A stretch of 63,171 bases of DNA, counting the filler, from Intoshia linei (taxonomy: Eukaryota > Animalia > Orthonectida), in NCBI GenBank assembly GCA_001642005.1. It is 4 parts of 4 records of this genome, joined end to end, with 100 filler letters (N's around TTAATTAATTAA, not from the genome) between each part and the next. Parts side by side here need not be neighbours in the genome. Positions count along the whole stretch, not along the records: positions 44,902 to 56,868 come from LWCA01001137.1; positions 56,969 to 63,171 come from LWCA01001709.1; 2 more parts are not named here. One strand, 5' to 3'. Positions 52,570-63,171 of this stretch are shown in pieces. Positions within the stretch are counted from its first letter, which is position 1, and every line of letters starts with the position of its first letter. Made by a program: the position numbers and the translations under genes. The notes below the pieces were generated by a model that saw only the letters and a list, made by a program, of their open reading frames with translations, had not been told where the DNA came from and did no database searches.

Positions 52570-52960
52570 ATTTATGTACAATGTACAATTTTTGATTTTC
52601 ACCGAGTTTAGACGAGCCCTAGTCTATAATATACCTTAAAAATGAAACTATTTATTCGGATAAATATTGTCAACAATTAGAAAAATTAAATCAATATAAA
52701 CGAAATAAGATGCTTAGAATGTTCAATAAGGTTCAAAAAATATTTCAACATGCCAAACCTCATACTTTTAAAAAGACTCGTGTATGGTTGAGGGACTTAC
52801 ATCTGAAATATTACAGAACCTATCATATTCACCACATCTTACTCCACCAGACCTTTATATACTCTATATATCTGACTAATCCTTACCACAAAAAAAGCAC
52901 AGTTAATTTGAAGAAATGAATGAATGACCCAGAAGAAAAGTACAATTGTATTTACTCTAA
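52570..52960 (+). mobile_element. mariner transposase C-terminal remnant
   Basis: NETIYSDKYCQQLEKL, FQHAKPHT, SYSPHLTPPD (degenerate YSPDLAPSD). Confidence 0.75.
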
Positions 52961-53225
52961 TAATTGATTTATAAAAAATTAAGACAAATGTGTTGATTTT
53001 TGATTTATGTATGAGTTGTCTGATTGTTTTATTATTATCATAATAGTGAGTAATTGATGAATTTATTTGATTGAATTATCTTGTCAAATTGAACGTTCAC
53101 ATTTTGAGTATTTTCTCGATCGAATGGTTAGTTATTTGTGTGTCTTCATTTTTTTTCAATTTTTTAGTTTCTTGGCATTTTCGCAGGTGTTCTTCTACCG
53201 TGTTTTCCAGCCATTGATTCAAATT

Positions 53226-54202
53226 ACATTATATATACTAAGTGGTACTTTTAATTTTGCTTCTTTACTGATAGAATTAATTGATTATCCTTTAATTTAT
53301 AAAATCGAGAAAGAATGCCGCCAAATAAGAAATATACATTGGGACTCTACTTTTTTAAATGACACTGAATTTTTTTGGAAGCATGTTGGTGCATATAAAA
53401 ATGCTGTTGATAATAGACCGTTTTTGACTGTGTCTCAATTTTTATTAAAAGTATATTGCCTTCCTATCAGCAATGCTACAGTAGAAATAATATTTTTTAA
53501 GGTAACCCATATTAAGTCACTCAAGAATAATAAATTAAGTCTAGATAAGCTAAGTTCATTAATTCGGATAAAAAACCATTTTGAAGTGTCATCAATATTG
53601 TGTGAAAACTTCGAACCACCTCTTGAAATGATGTTTTATGATTCTTATATTTATGAAGATGAGGATGTAGACATGAATACTGAATCAATTGTTGAAATAT
53701 ACTTTTCAAGTGCATCGAGTTAGTAAATCTTTATTAATTAGTAAATTGTAAACTCGTTTCAGATTGTTAGTTTACTTTTGTCAAGTAGGATATTTCTTTT
53801 TAACGCTGCTAGCTCTATTCTTTTTTATTAGTATTGATGTTTTTGGAAAATAAAATGAAAAGAATTTTTATTCTTTGTTTTTTGTCTGCTTTCGCATGTA
53901 AATTTTAATTTTTTTGAAATCTGGGAATTATACTATAATTATAATTATTTCTTAATTTAGCATTTTTGATTATGTGGTTAATGATGAATGATGCATAAAT
54001 TGGTTTTTTTAGAGAGAGTAGTGTTTCATTAAAGTTTTGAGTTTGAGCTATTAATTAATTAATATTAAGATGTAATTATTAGATTGTATATTATAAAGTA
54101 ATTGTTAGTTATGTTATGTTAGTAATTTTATGTCTGTTTATTCCAATTTATCTAACAAATTCATGATTCAGAGTTTTAAAAATACATATTTTTGGCAACA
54201 CT
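53226..54202 (+). mobile_element. hAT transposon 3' part (dimerisation domain)
   Basis: FWKHV...PFLTVSQFLLKVYCLPISNATVEIIFFKVTHIKSLKNNKLSLDKLSSLIRIK; TIR-like TTGGCAACACT at 54192-54202. Confidence 0.85.
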
Positions 54203-54691
54203 TCATAATTGCGTAAAAAATTTATCTAATTTTAAATTTTCAAATTCTTCTTATTTATTTACGTAAATATTAGTTTATTTTCTGATAACACTGTTCAACA
54301 CGTTACCTCGACAAGAATAACTTATTCTATCAAATCAAATTATAATAAAATAAAAATATCCAGTTTTATTATGCTCGCATCATGCGAGTCGCATGAAACG
54401 AACATGCATTGTAAAACTAAACGTTTCTACAAAAACAGATCAAATGTAAACTAGACAACTAGACAAAACGATAGAATCTAGATTTGAAAACATTCCACGT
54501 ATTAATTGCCTGGAAAACGCAACATTATATAACATTTTATTATCTTTATTGATCTATTTTTGTACCTAGTTATTTGATAGAACTTTATTTGTATTTAACA
54601 TTTATTTTTATTTTGTAGTAACAATTTACGATTGTGAATGTTTACGTTTGACATTTTAAAATAAAGAAATTGTTTTATTTACACGTTGAAA

Positions 54692-55520
54692 ATGTCCAAA
54701 AATAATGACGCAAGTAGTGATGAAGATGGCGAGTGGATTTTGATAAAAATCCAAAATTGTGACCAATCTTTCATGAAAAAGATTTATTTAAATCAAACTG
54801 TCGATGAGGTTATTTATTATTGCAATACTGACAATTTTCTGTTTAGGTAATCAACCAAATTTCAAATCAATTCAACCATGATGCCCGTTACATGAAACTC
54901 ATCTTTTGTGGAAAAATTCTACAAAATTCACTTATTTTTGAAAATATTGGTATTAAAGATGGAAATACTTTGAACGTTCTTATTAAAAACAAAAAAGTTT
55001 TGAAATTTTATATCATATTTACAATTTTTAGGACTCTGTCGCTAAAAGTAATACAGCTATCAGTGACACTGATTTATTCAATGAAAAATCGTTTTTACCA
55101 AAGGTTTTTTATAATTATTTAGATTATTTTCTTATTTTGGGGCGGCTTTTTTTGTATTTCAGACTTTGTCTATTATTTTATTTCATTTATTGTCATGTTT
55201 CTAATTTCTATATTTAGCAGTCAAAACAAAACCAATTTATAAAGTCTATAATGAAAAATAATCCAATGAAAAACATGGATGCTGATTTTATGTCAAATAT
55301 GATGAAAACAAATCCTCAAATTAAAGAAATGATGGAAGTAATTCATTATTTATATTTAGTGGTTTTAACATTTTAGTTAAATTATATTTAGAAAAATCCT
55401 GATGTTAAACACATGCTTAATAATCCAGATATTATGAAAAAAACCATTGAAATGGCTAGAAATCCTAGTGCGATGAAAGAAATGATCAGACAATATGATC
55501 GAAATATTAGTAAAATTGAG
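54692..55520 (+). CDS. UBQLN: Ubiquilin (UBL + STI1 motifs; 3' part and UBA not seen before the spacer)
   Basis: MKLIFCGKILQNSLIFENIGIKDGNTLNVLIK (UBL); NPQIKEMMEKNPDVKHMLNNPDIMKKTIEMARNPSAMKEMIRQYDRNISKIE (ubiquilin STI1 signature). Confidence 0.88.
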
Positions 55521-56430
55521 GTTATCATTTATTTATTTATACATTACAGTGTCAGTATCTATGGTATTTTTAATTGTAAATTTATTTTTATTATGTGAAA
55601 TTGTTGCCATTTTATAATCTACTATTTTTTAATGACATGCATTTTAACACGTGTCTCAAATTTTTAAACTTTAACAATTATCACACGGTGGAACCTTTGT
55701 GTAGGTTTTACTCAGACAAAGGAGGGGATGATTTTAAAATAATACTTTTAAATCATGGGTTCTTAATTTAATTAATTATACATGGCACTCCAAAAATTTA
55801 ATTCGAAAAAAGTTAATAATATCACTATGGTAATAATAAGGCTATAATTTTAATTTTCTTTTTCTAATTAGAAAAAACCCTAGATCGTAAAAAATACTGG
55901 TTTGTCCGATTTATCAGTATCATTTATTTTGATGAATCCATAACGAAATATACACCATTTTATTTTTTTGACTGCTAAAAATATTTAATTAATCTTTTGA
56001 CTCTAAATATAATATATAAATATATATTATTTTATTTTTCAGGAGTTGGGAAACTTTTGAAGCAAAGAGCAAATATTTTTGAAAAAATAGTGACGCGGGC
56101 AAAAAAAATTCAATATAATTAAAAAAATAAGAAACTTAATTAAGACGGTTGCTAGAATATTCAACATAGTAATAATATGTAATGCATCGTGTCCGTTTAC
56201 AATATCGTAAATCACATGATCGTAAATCAAAAGATCGTATTTATTTGGTTTAAGTTTAAATTAATTAATTCATTAACTAGTTTATTTAATTTAGACTACA
56301 GGCCCAAGTTAAAACTGAAATATTAAGATACAATATTATACCTACAAACCATATTACAAAAAAAAATAAAAATATTGTATGGTGTTCACACCAGATAAAT
56401 TGAAACGTAAATGATGTTTACCGTCTACAC

Positions 56431-56639
56431 CACTGGTTTTCAACCAGGGGGTCGCAAAATTTATCAGGGGGGTCGTGAGAATTTGAACACAGTATAAAAT
56501 AAAACTGAATATGCTTTTTTAATATTTGAATTTTATGTGAATTGATAAGATGTTTGGAGTATATAAAAAATTTTTTGGGTGGCGATCATTTTTTATGTTT
56601 ATAAGGGGGGTGGCGAGACAAAAAGGTTGAGAACCACTG
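56431..56639. mobile_element. hAT MITE
   Basis: TIRs CACTGGTTTTCAACC and GGTTGAGAACCACTG; GGGGTCGC subterminal motifs. Confidence 0.75.
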
Positions 56640-56868
56640 ATGTAACTGATCAATAAATAATTTTAACATATCTTCAAATGTCTTAACGTGTGTAAGGAGT
56701 GAAGTTATCAAAATTTTTAGACCTTGCAGTGTTAAATTTAGTGTATTTAAATGCTGCGTGATATCAACTAGAAAAGCTTTGGTTTCACATATAATGACAA
56801 AAACACAGACGCAATTTCACATTTAAATAATACCCTTTTGCAATTTGAGCTAATGTTTATTAATTATA

Positions 56869-56968
56869 NNNNNNNNNNNNNNNNNNNNNNNNNNNNNNNN
56901 NNNNNNNNNNNNTTAATTAATTAANNNNNNNNNNNNNNNNNNNNNNNNNNNNNNNNNNNNNNNNNNNN
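56869..56968. other. Artificial assembly spacer
   Basis: N-run/TTAATTAATTAA/N-run, 100 bp. Confidence 0.97.
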
Positions 56969-58306
56969 TTGATTACGATTCATTGTGCAACAAACACCAA
57001 TGCCAAGGCAGTCACTAACTAGCATAAATTTAAATTTACTTGTTGATTACAGTAGAATCTCCTTAATCTAAAGTGCAATTTTAATTCAATACAAGGAATT
57101 CTTCAACTACAATGATTATTTATAATTTTTAATTTGACGTTTTTATGACTCTAATAAAAATAAATAAATATAAATGTATTTCAAATAACTTTTAACAGCA
57201 GCTAAATCATTATATATGGAATATCGAACACCGATACGATTTAATTCTCTATATTAACTTTAATTATAAGATAAACTAAATAAATCATAAGTAATATTTA
57301 TTCTATGAATCACTAAATTTTAAATGAAAAAATTTCGTAGTAATAAAATTAACAAATAATATAAAATGTAAATAAAATAATTCAGAATTTTTCAAAATCA
57401 ATTACAAAATTCATATAAAAATGAACATGTGAATATTTAAAATGAAGAGTATTTTAATAAAATTGACTTTAAATTAAAGAGATTCTACTGTATTATTTTT
57501 TAACACTTTTCTTGATACTTTAAAATTTAAATAAATAAAGCATTTTACAGTAAATAAAAGTACATATTTTAACGTTTTTTTAAGGTGGGCCATGGAATTT
57601 TAGGCAAAACTTTTTTGGGCCATGGCCTAAAAAAGGTTGAGAACCACTGGGTTAGGATATATGATAGTTTTTTAATATATTCTGATTCAACGTATTTATT
57701 TTTTAAATTTTTTTTGCTGGGCTTCGTTGTCATTTTCAGGGGAGGGTGCTATCACATAGCTCGTTCGGCTCTGATTTTGAGACAGCTGATTCCATTGATA
57801 AGAATAGTTGTTGCTTTATTTTTTTGGTAACTAAGAGACACATGTATCTGTAATTTTCAGATTATTATTTAATGATCAACCCCTTCACATTCACAGTCAA
57901 ATTAGTGAGAAAGTTATTAAAAAATTGAATAATTTTGTACTGCGTTATAGTCGTATAAAGGTGTGTCGTCAATTTAACGTTGGTCGAAAAAAACTAAAAG
58001 TAGCTTACCAGATATTATAATACATGTACGTATACATGTACGTTACAAAAATATTAAAAATTAATACTTCAAAACTTTTAATATTTTAAATATGTTACCA
58101 ATTTAAAATCAAAGTCACGTCACGTTTATTATTATAGTGCTCTGCTTACATATAAAGTGCAAACTATACTTGATTTCTTGAGTTTACTGAATTTAAATTT
58201 AAAATTTAAATAAAAATTGTAATTAGTGCACCAATTGTTCTAAATTTATCAATTTTAGAATAAGTTCTAATTTTATTTAATTCTTGTACTTTTATTTTTA
58301 TACTAA

Positions 58307-60832
58307 ATGTATATTTTTATAATATTTATATTGAGCATCAAATGGTTTACAATAAATGGTATCTATTTTAAATTTATCAAAAATTACAGTTATTTAATGT
58401 TAGGGGCGAATTTAATATTTAACAATACCATTGTAAGCATCTTTGAAGTCGGCGATACAACTCATGTGAAAAATCCGATAACATTAGAGATAATTGTTCA
58501 AATTAATAATAGCTTGAATTATACGTATCATTTAAATCGAAATAACAATTTAAATGTCAATATTCCGGTCATTGTCAGCAACAAGATTATGGAGAATGAT
58601 GAAAATGTTGTAAATATTGAATAAATATAAGATGCAACACTAAACATCTATATTATACGCCAAGAGCGGTCAGATTGTTACAAAAATAATACTACAATCA
58701 AAATTGGTATAGTAGAAATTTAACAAATAATTTAAAAAATTTTAAATTTTTGCTGAATCGATAAAAATGGCACCATCAAAGTTCACCCGTTATACGCGTT
58801 AATACAGTGTTCACCGGATTGGCTGGCTCAGCATTTTTTGTGTTTTTTAAACAACACAAAATCATTTGCATTATAAAAATTTTTCAAAGGGTGATGCGAA
58901 AATTTTATTAAACGCAAAAAAAGTTTGGTGATCACTGAATTACTATAAAAGCAAAGTGTTGTTTTTAGTATACAATTTACTATCTTTTAGAATGTATTTT
59001 ACTACATAACTACACTAAACGATGGTTTTCTATCTGTAGAATCTAAATTCAAAGATGGAATATATAAAAGACAAATCGTAAAAATTTTAAATTAATCACT
59101 ATAAAAATACAGAAAGGACAATTATATATAGAAAATTCGCTATACGGAGTAATACCATTAGGTTTATTTGAACAAAACAGTACTGCCAATGATGAAAAAT
59201 ATAAAATTGTCTCTGAAAACTACATTATCAATGAAAAATGTTTATCAACTTAACATTTTAAAATTTTTAAATGTTTAATTAGACAAGAAATTAAAATATA
59301 TCAAAACGAGGAAAAAAACATTTTCCAAAAATTTCTATTCCGAAACCGTTAATAATCGCTACATCATAGAAACTGTTTTTTATATTGATCACACTATTTG
59401 GGAAAGGTAATTAAATAAAAATAATGACTCTGAAAAATACATTTAATAAAATTATTAAAATTCAGATATCTGAAAATAAACAGTTACAACTCAGAACTGG
59501 CGACAAGTTCGATAAAATTTGATTTTTTCCTATTCATAAATGGAGTAATTAAAATGTAAATTTAATTTTCAAAATTAATCAACAGATAAATATGGCATAC
59601 AAAAGCTTTTCAAAAGAAAATGTGTATATTAATATAATTCTTACTAAAATACACATTGCTACAGTAAATTAATCAATTACTAAATATAAAATTGTTAAAA
59701 AATAGAAATTACAAGACTCGGAATTTTATGTGACTTTGAACGACAAAAATGAGATAAAGAATGGTATAATAAATGGTGATATTTTAATTGAAGAATTTGG
59801 TAAGTGGGTTAAAAAGTCATCAAGTTTATTACATAATCCAGATCACATAATGTTGTGGACAAGGTTTGAAATTTTACATTTTAAATTGATTGACATTTCA
59901 AAATTTAGATACGATTTGTTTGGTGACAATACAATCGGTACTATAAAATTTACAATAAAATCACATTTAATCTTTAGGTTATGCTTACACAAACTCAATT
60001 TGTTTGAATGGGTAACTAATTTTTATTTAAACTGTAACCTAATAAAAATCTAGATATTCATTGTCATTAAACAAGTTCATTGATATGACGAGTTGGATCA
60101 CTGCGACACATGAATTGGGTCACAGGTAACAAGATTACTATTATGGCATAATGGATACACTTAAAACAAAAATTAGCTTGGGTGCTTTACACGACGGAGA
60201 AGATAACGATTGCAGTGAAAAAGAAGCTTATATAATGAATTCCGGAAAATATGGCATTCAACCCGATAAAATGATTAATCAACTAAAATTTTCTTCGTGT
60301 TCAATCAATGAAATTGTGAATCACTTATTTTCCTTAGGGTAACTTGAAATAATAATAATAAGAGTAACATATTTAGAAAACAAAATTGTTTGACAAATAG
60401 AGTACTGATTAATTCAAACATCTACAATTCGAAAATTGCCGGAGTAACTTTTAATGCAAATATGCAATGCAGTGTTTACAACGGTATAGAATCATCGGAA
60501 TGCGTATTTTATAATTTAAAATATTAATTAGAATAAATTTAATTTAGGAAGAATATCAAGATAAGCATTGTTCCAATTTAATTTGTATAGGCCCATATGA
60601 TAATCAATGCGTAATGTTACCTATTCAAGCCCTAAATGGAACCAAGTGTGGATCAAAAAAGGTGAACATTAACATTGTATTGCATCAATTTTCAATTTAG
60701 TGGTGCTTGGATGGAAATTGTGTCTCAAAACAACCAAACACGAAAAATTTCATATTAAAAGAAAAACCCATAACGTTAATAGACATATTACATGAATTTG
60801 CGACAAAAATTGAAAAATTTGTGATAAATTAA
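58307..60832 (+). CDS. Secreted reprolysin (M12B) zinc metalloprotease, ADAMTS-like, no TSP1 repeats
   Basis: Signal-like N-terminus; spliced THELGHSLGALHD zinc motif, YIMN Met-turn, FSSCS, then disintegrin-like GVTFNANMQC...NGTKCGSKKWCLDGNCV and a stop at 60830-60832. Confidence 0.88.
58805..58937. mobile_element. Small hAT-type MITE in protease intron
   Basis: TIRs CAGTGTTCACC and GGTGATCACTG. Confidence 0.6.
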
Positions 60833-60838
60833 TATAAT

Positions 60839-61545
60839 TTATTTTAAACTATATAAATAGTTTTCTGTTTTTTTTATATCAATAAAACACTTATTTGATA
60901 TACTTTTTATGATTTTTTCAAAAGAATCATATAAACATACAGTTTCCAGGTTTCCAATTATAATGAGTTTTACTTTTGAACGAGTTATAGACACATTTAA
61001 ACGACGTACATCATTTAAAATATCATTTTTCTAAATTGATAAAATTATAATAAATGTCAAAATTTATAAAATTAGGGTTATGCAATTAAATGTACTTCAA
61101 TTCACAGAAAATATTAATTTTTGTCTATTTTAAAATTTAAAATTTAAATTAATTAATGGTAAAAATTTAGAAAAAGGCTACCTATAGGTGATTTGTTAAA
61201 TAAATTTATCATTTTATCAAATCAATATATTGGTTATTACGTTGAGTGTATTATTGACGTACAAAATAGAATAATCCTAAAACCACACGACGTATTTTAG
61301 GGTTCACATACTCATTTTAAAAAACAGTGGTGTAAAAAAAAATTAGTTGTTTATAAATATAAATTACCGCGATTAAAACATTATGACAGCGAACAAGAGA
61401 TAAAATTATTATGTCTTTATCTGATCCTTGGAATTTGTCAACTGTTGAAACAGAAATGTTTACATTTGCTAACTTTCTTTTTATTATTTTTACTTGTTGT
61501 TTAAATGGTGTAATAACTCCAATGCAATGGTAAGATATTCCAAAC
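60839..61545 (-). CDS. DNA2: SF1 (Upf1-like) helicase C-terminal exons, most like DNA2; 5' part outside the window
   Basis: IGVITPFKQQV...STVDKFQGSDKDIIILSLVR and LNDVRRLNVSITRSKVKLIIIG (helicase motifs IV-VI). Confidence 0.72.
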
Positions 61546-61738
61546 TAGAATAAAATATGTATTAATAATTATTAATTAATGTAACATAATATATAATATT
61601 AATAATAAAATAATAAAAACTAGGTAGGTTTCAGACTGAAATTCAGTAAAAAGGGGTTATGGTTAAAATTTGGAGTTTAAGCAATTTGAGGTACTTTTGA
61701 GAAGTTATCAAATTAGATCATTAATAAAATATTTTAAT

Positions 61739-62374
61739 TCTAACTTATATATAAAACACTTTTTTGTCTTTGGGTCTGTTATAGTTCTAGAATTTTAATA
61801 AACACAAATGCCAGGTCAGATTTTTCCTGGGGAGACAGTAAAATAAATATCAATCTCACAATCTTATATCTTACCGGTCAAAACACTAATTATCCTTTTT
61901 TTTAAAAATCAAACAAGTTCTAGAATTTATAAAAATAAACACTCTAATACAAATTTTAAAATCATGAATAATACATAAATTTCAATTTCAAAAAAATATA
62001 TATCCAATAGATTCAGGGTCAAAACCACAAATCACCTGTTATTTAAAAATTGAAAAAATACGATATTAAATACATATTTTTTCATTTAAAATCCACATAT
62101 ATTTTCAATGTCAAACAGTAAAGTCTTCGTGGTCAAAAAAGTCAACATTTTTTGAAAAAATAATTTCATTAATTAAAAAATTGTATATAATTAATAGTCC
62201 TAGAATTTAAAAATTTAAATACTATTTTCATATATTGGGGAGCCACTCCTATAAAGGATTGGTAATAGTGAATATTATCATTTTTAGTCAATATTTTATT
62301 TTTTAATAGAATAAAAAAGTCCACCCTTGACAGAGCTAGGTGCTGTTTGTACAAAGTACAAAACAATCAAGCTA
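61739..62374 (+). mobile_element. Degenerate Helitron family copy
   Basis: TCTAACTTATATATAAA start; 3' AGAGCTAGGTGCTGTTTGTACAAAGTACAAAACAATCAAGCTA, cut by a mariner at the terminal TA. Confidence 0.68.
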
Positions 62375-63171
62375 TTAGGTGATTCACAAAGTTATATCGT
62401 TTTTATTGATACAATTGATTAGAAACGCTATATCACCGATAAGATTTCACATATTTCCGAATATAAAATATTTTTTAACAATTATGTGTACGACCACATC
62501 AGATGAGAACGTAATTTATTTAAATCTACATTTATTCAATGGCCATTTAGACGAAACATTTTAATGATTTTGAGGGACATTTACGTCATATTTTACTGTA
62601 TGAGTACTTTAAGGACCTTAGTGCAGTGGTAGCTACCAAAAATATATGTGCTGTGTATGGTAAAGATGTTTTAAATGACAGAAAATGTCAAAGATGGTTT
62701 AAAAAATTCGAGATGAAAACTACACCCTAATGGATTTCCAACGTTCTTGTAGATCTTTAATTGTTGATATTAATCAAATAAAAAGTGAATTGAAAAAATC
62801 TCCAATTTAAACATGTCAATCGCTTTCCATTGTTGGCAGCTGTTCAAAAACCAGTGCCTATAATTGTTTAAAACGTTTACAAAAAGTGAATAAGTCTAGA
62901 ATATGGATACCCCACTTATAACGATTCAACATAAATTAAATAGAAAAAACGTATGCCAATTATTACTAGCCAGACCAAAAAATGAACCGTTTTTAGAAAA
63001 TATTTAAAAATTGTGACTGGTGATGAAAAATGGATACACTGTGATAATACTAAATTCAAAAAACAATGGCTATCTTCCCAGGAATCACCGATATTGACTC
63101 CAAAACCAGAATTCCAAGGTAAAAAGGTAATGATGAGTATTTGGTGGGATATGAAAGGCATACTTTATTAT
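62375..63171 (+). mobile_element. mariner transposon 5' part (decayed)
   Basis: TA|TTAGGTG terminus; HLRHILLYE, KNICAVYG, CQRWFKKF, WIPHL, IVTGDEKW, KKVMMSIWWD. Confidence 0.92.

Noticed and set aside
53067-53723. 218-aa ORF as a membrane-protein gene
   Set aside because: Chimeric: the hydrophobic N-part is the antisense of the duplicated repeat and the C-part is a hAT dimerisation domain.

Overview
Very AT-rich, gene-dense animal genomic DNA with many very short GT-AG introns (36-50 nt in those I measured) and weak donor consensus. This pattern suggests a compact parasitic metazoan such as the orthonectid Intoshia (inference only). Three 100-bp N/TTAATTAATTAA/N spacers are artificial joins, so the four segments may not be linked. 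Spliced genes reconstructed by hand: EFCAB6-like EF-hand protein, tetraspanin, SPATA7, importin-alpha, a short SON-like G-patch protein, SNU13, a long coiled-coil protein, AHSA1, an EGF-SEA-EGF-TM protein, ubiquilin (partial), an ADAMTS-like M12B protease without TSP1 repeats, and the DNA2-like helicase C-terminus. Introns and spacers hold decayed P, Tc1/IS630, pogo, mariner, piggyBac, hAT and LINE remnants, many MITEs and a multi-copy non-autonomous Helitron family. The most unusual feature is a ~2.9-kb intronless, frameshifted, ~950-codon reading frame of unrecognised type (32536-35410) inside an intron of the coiled-coil gene, a candidate endogenous viral or otherwise foreign element.
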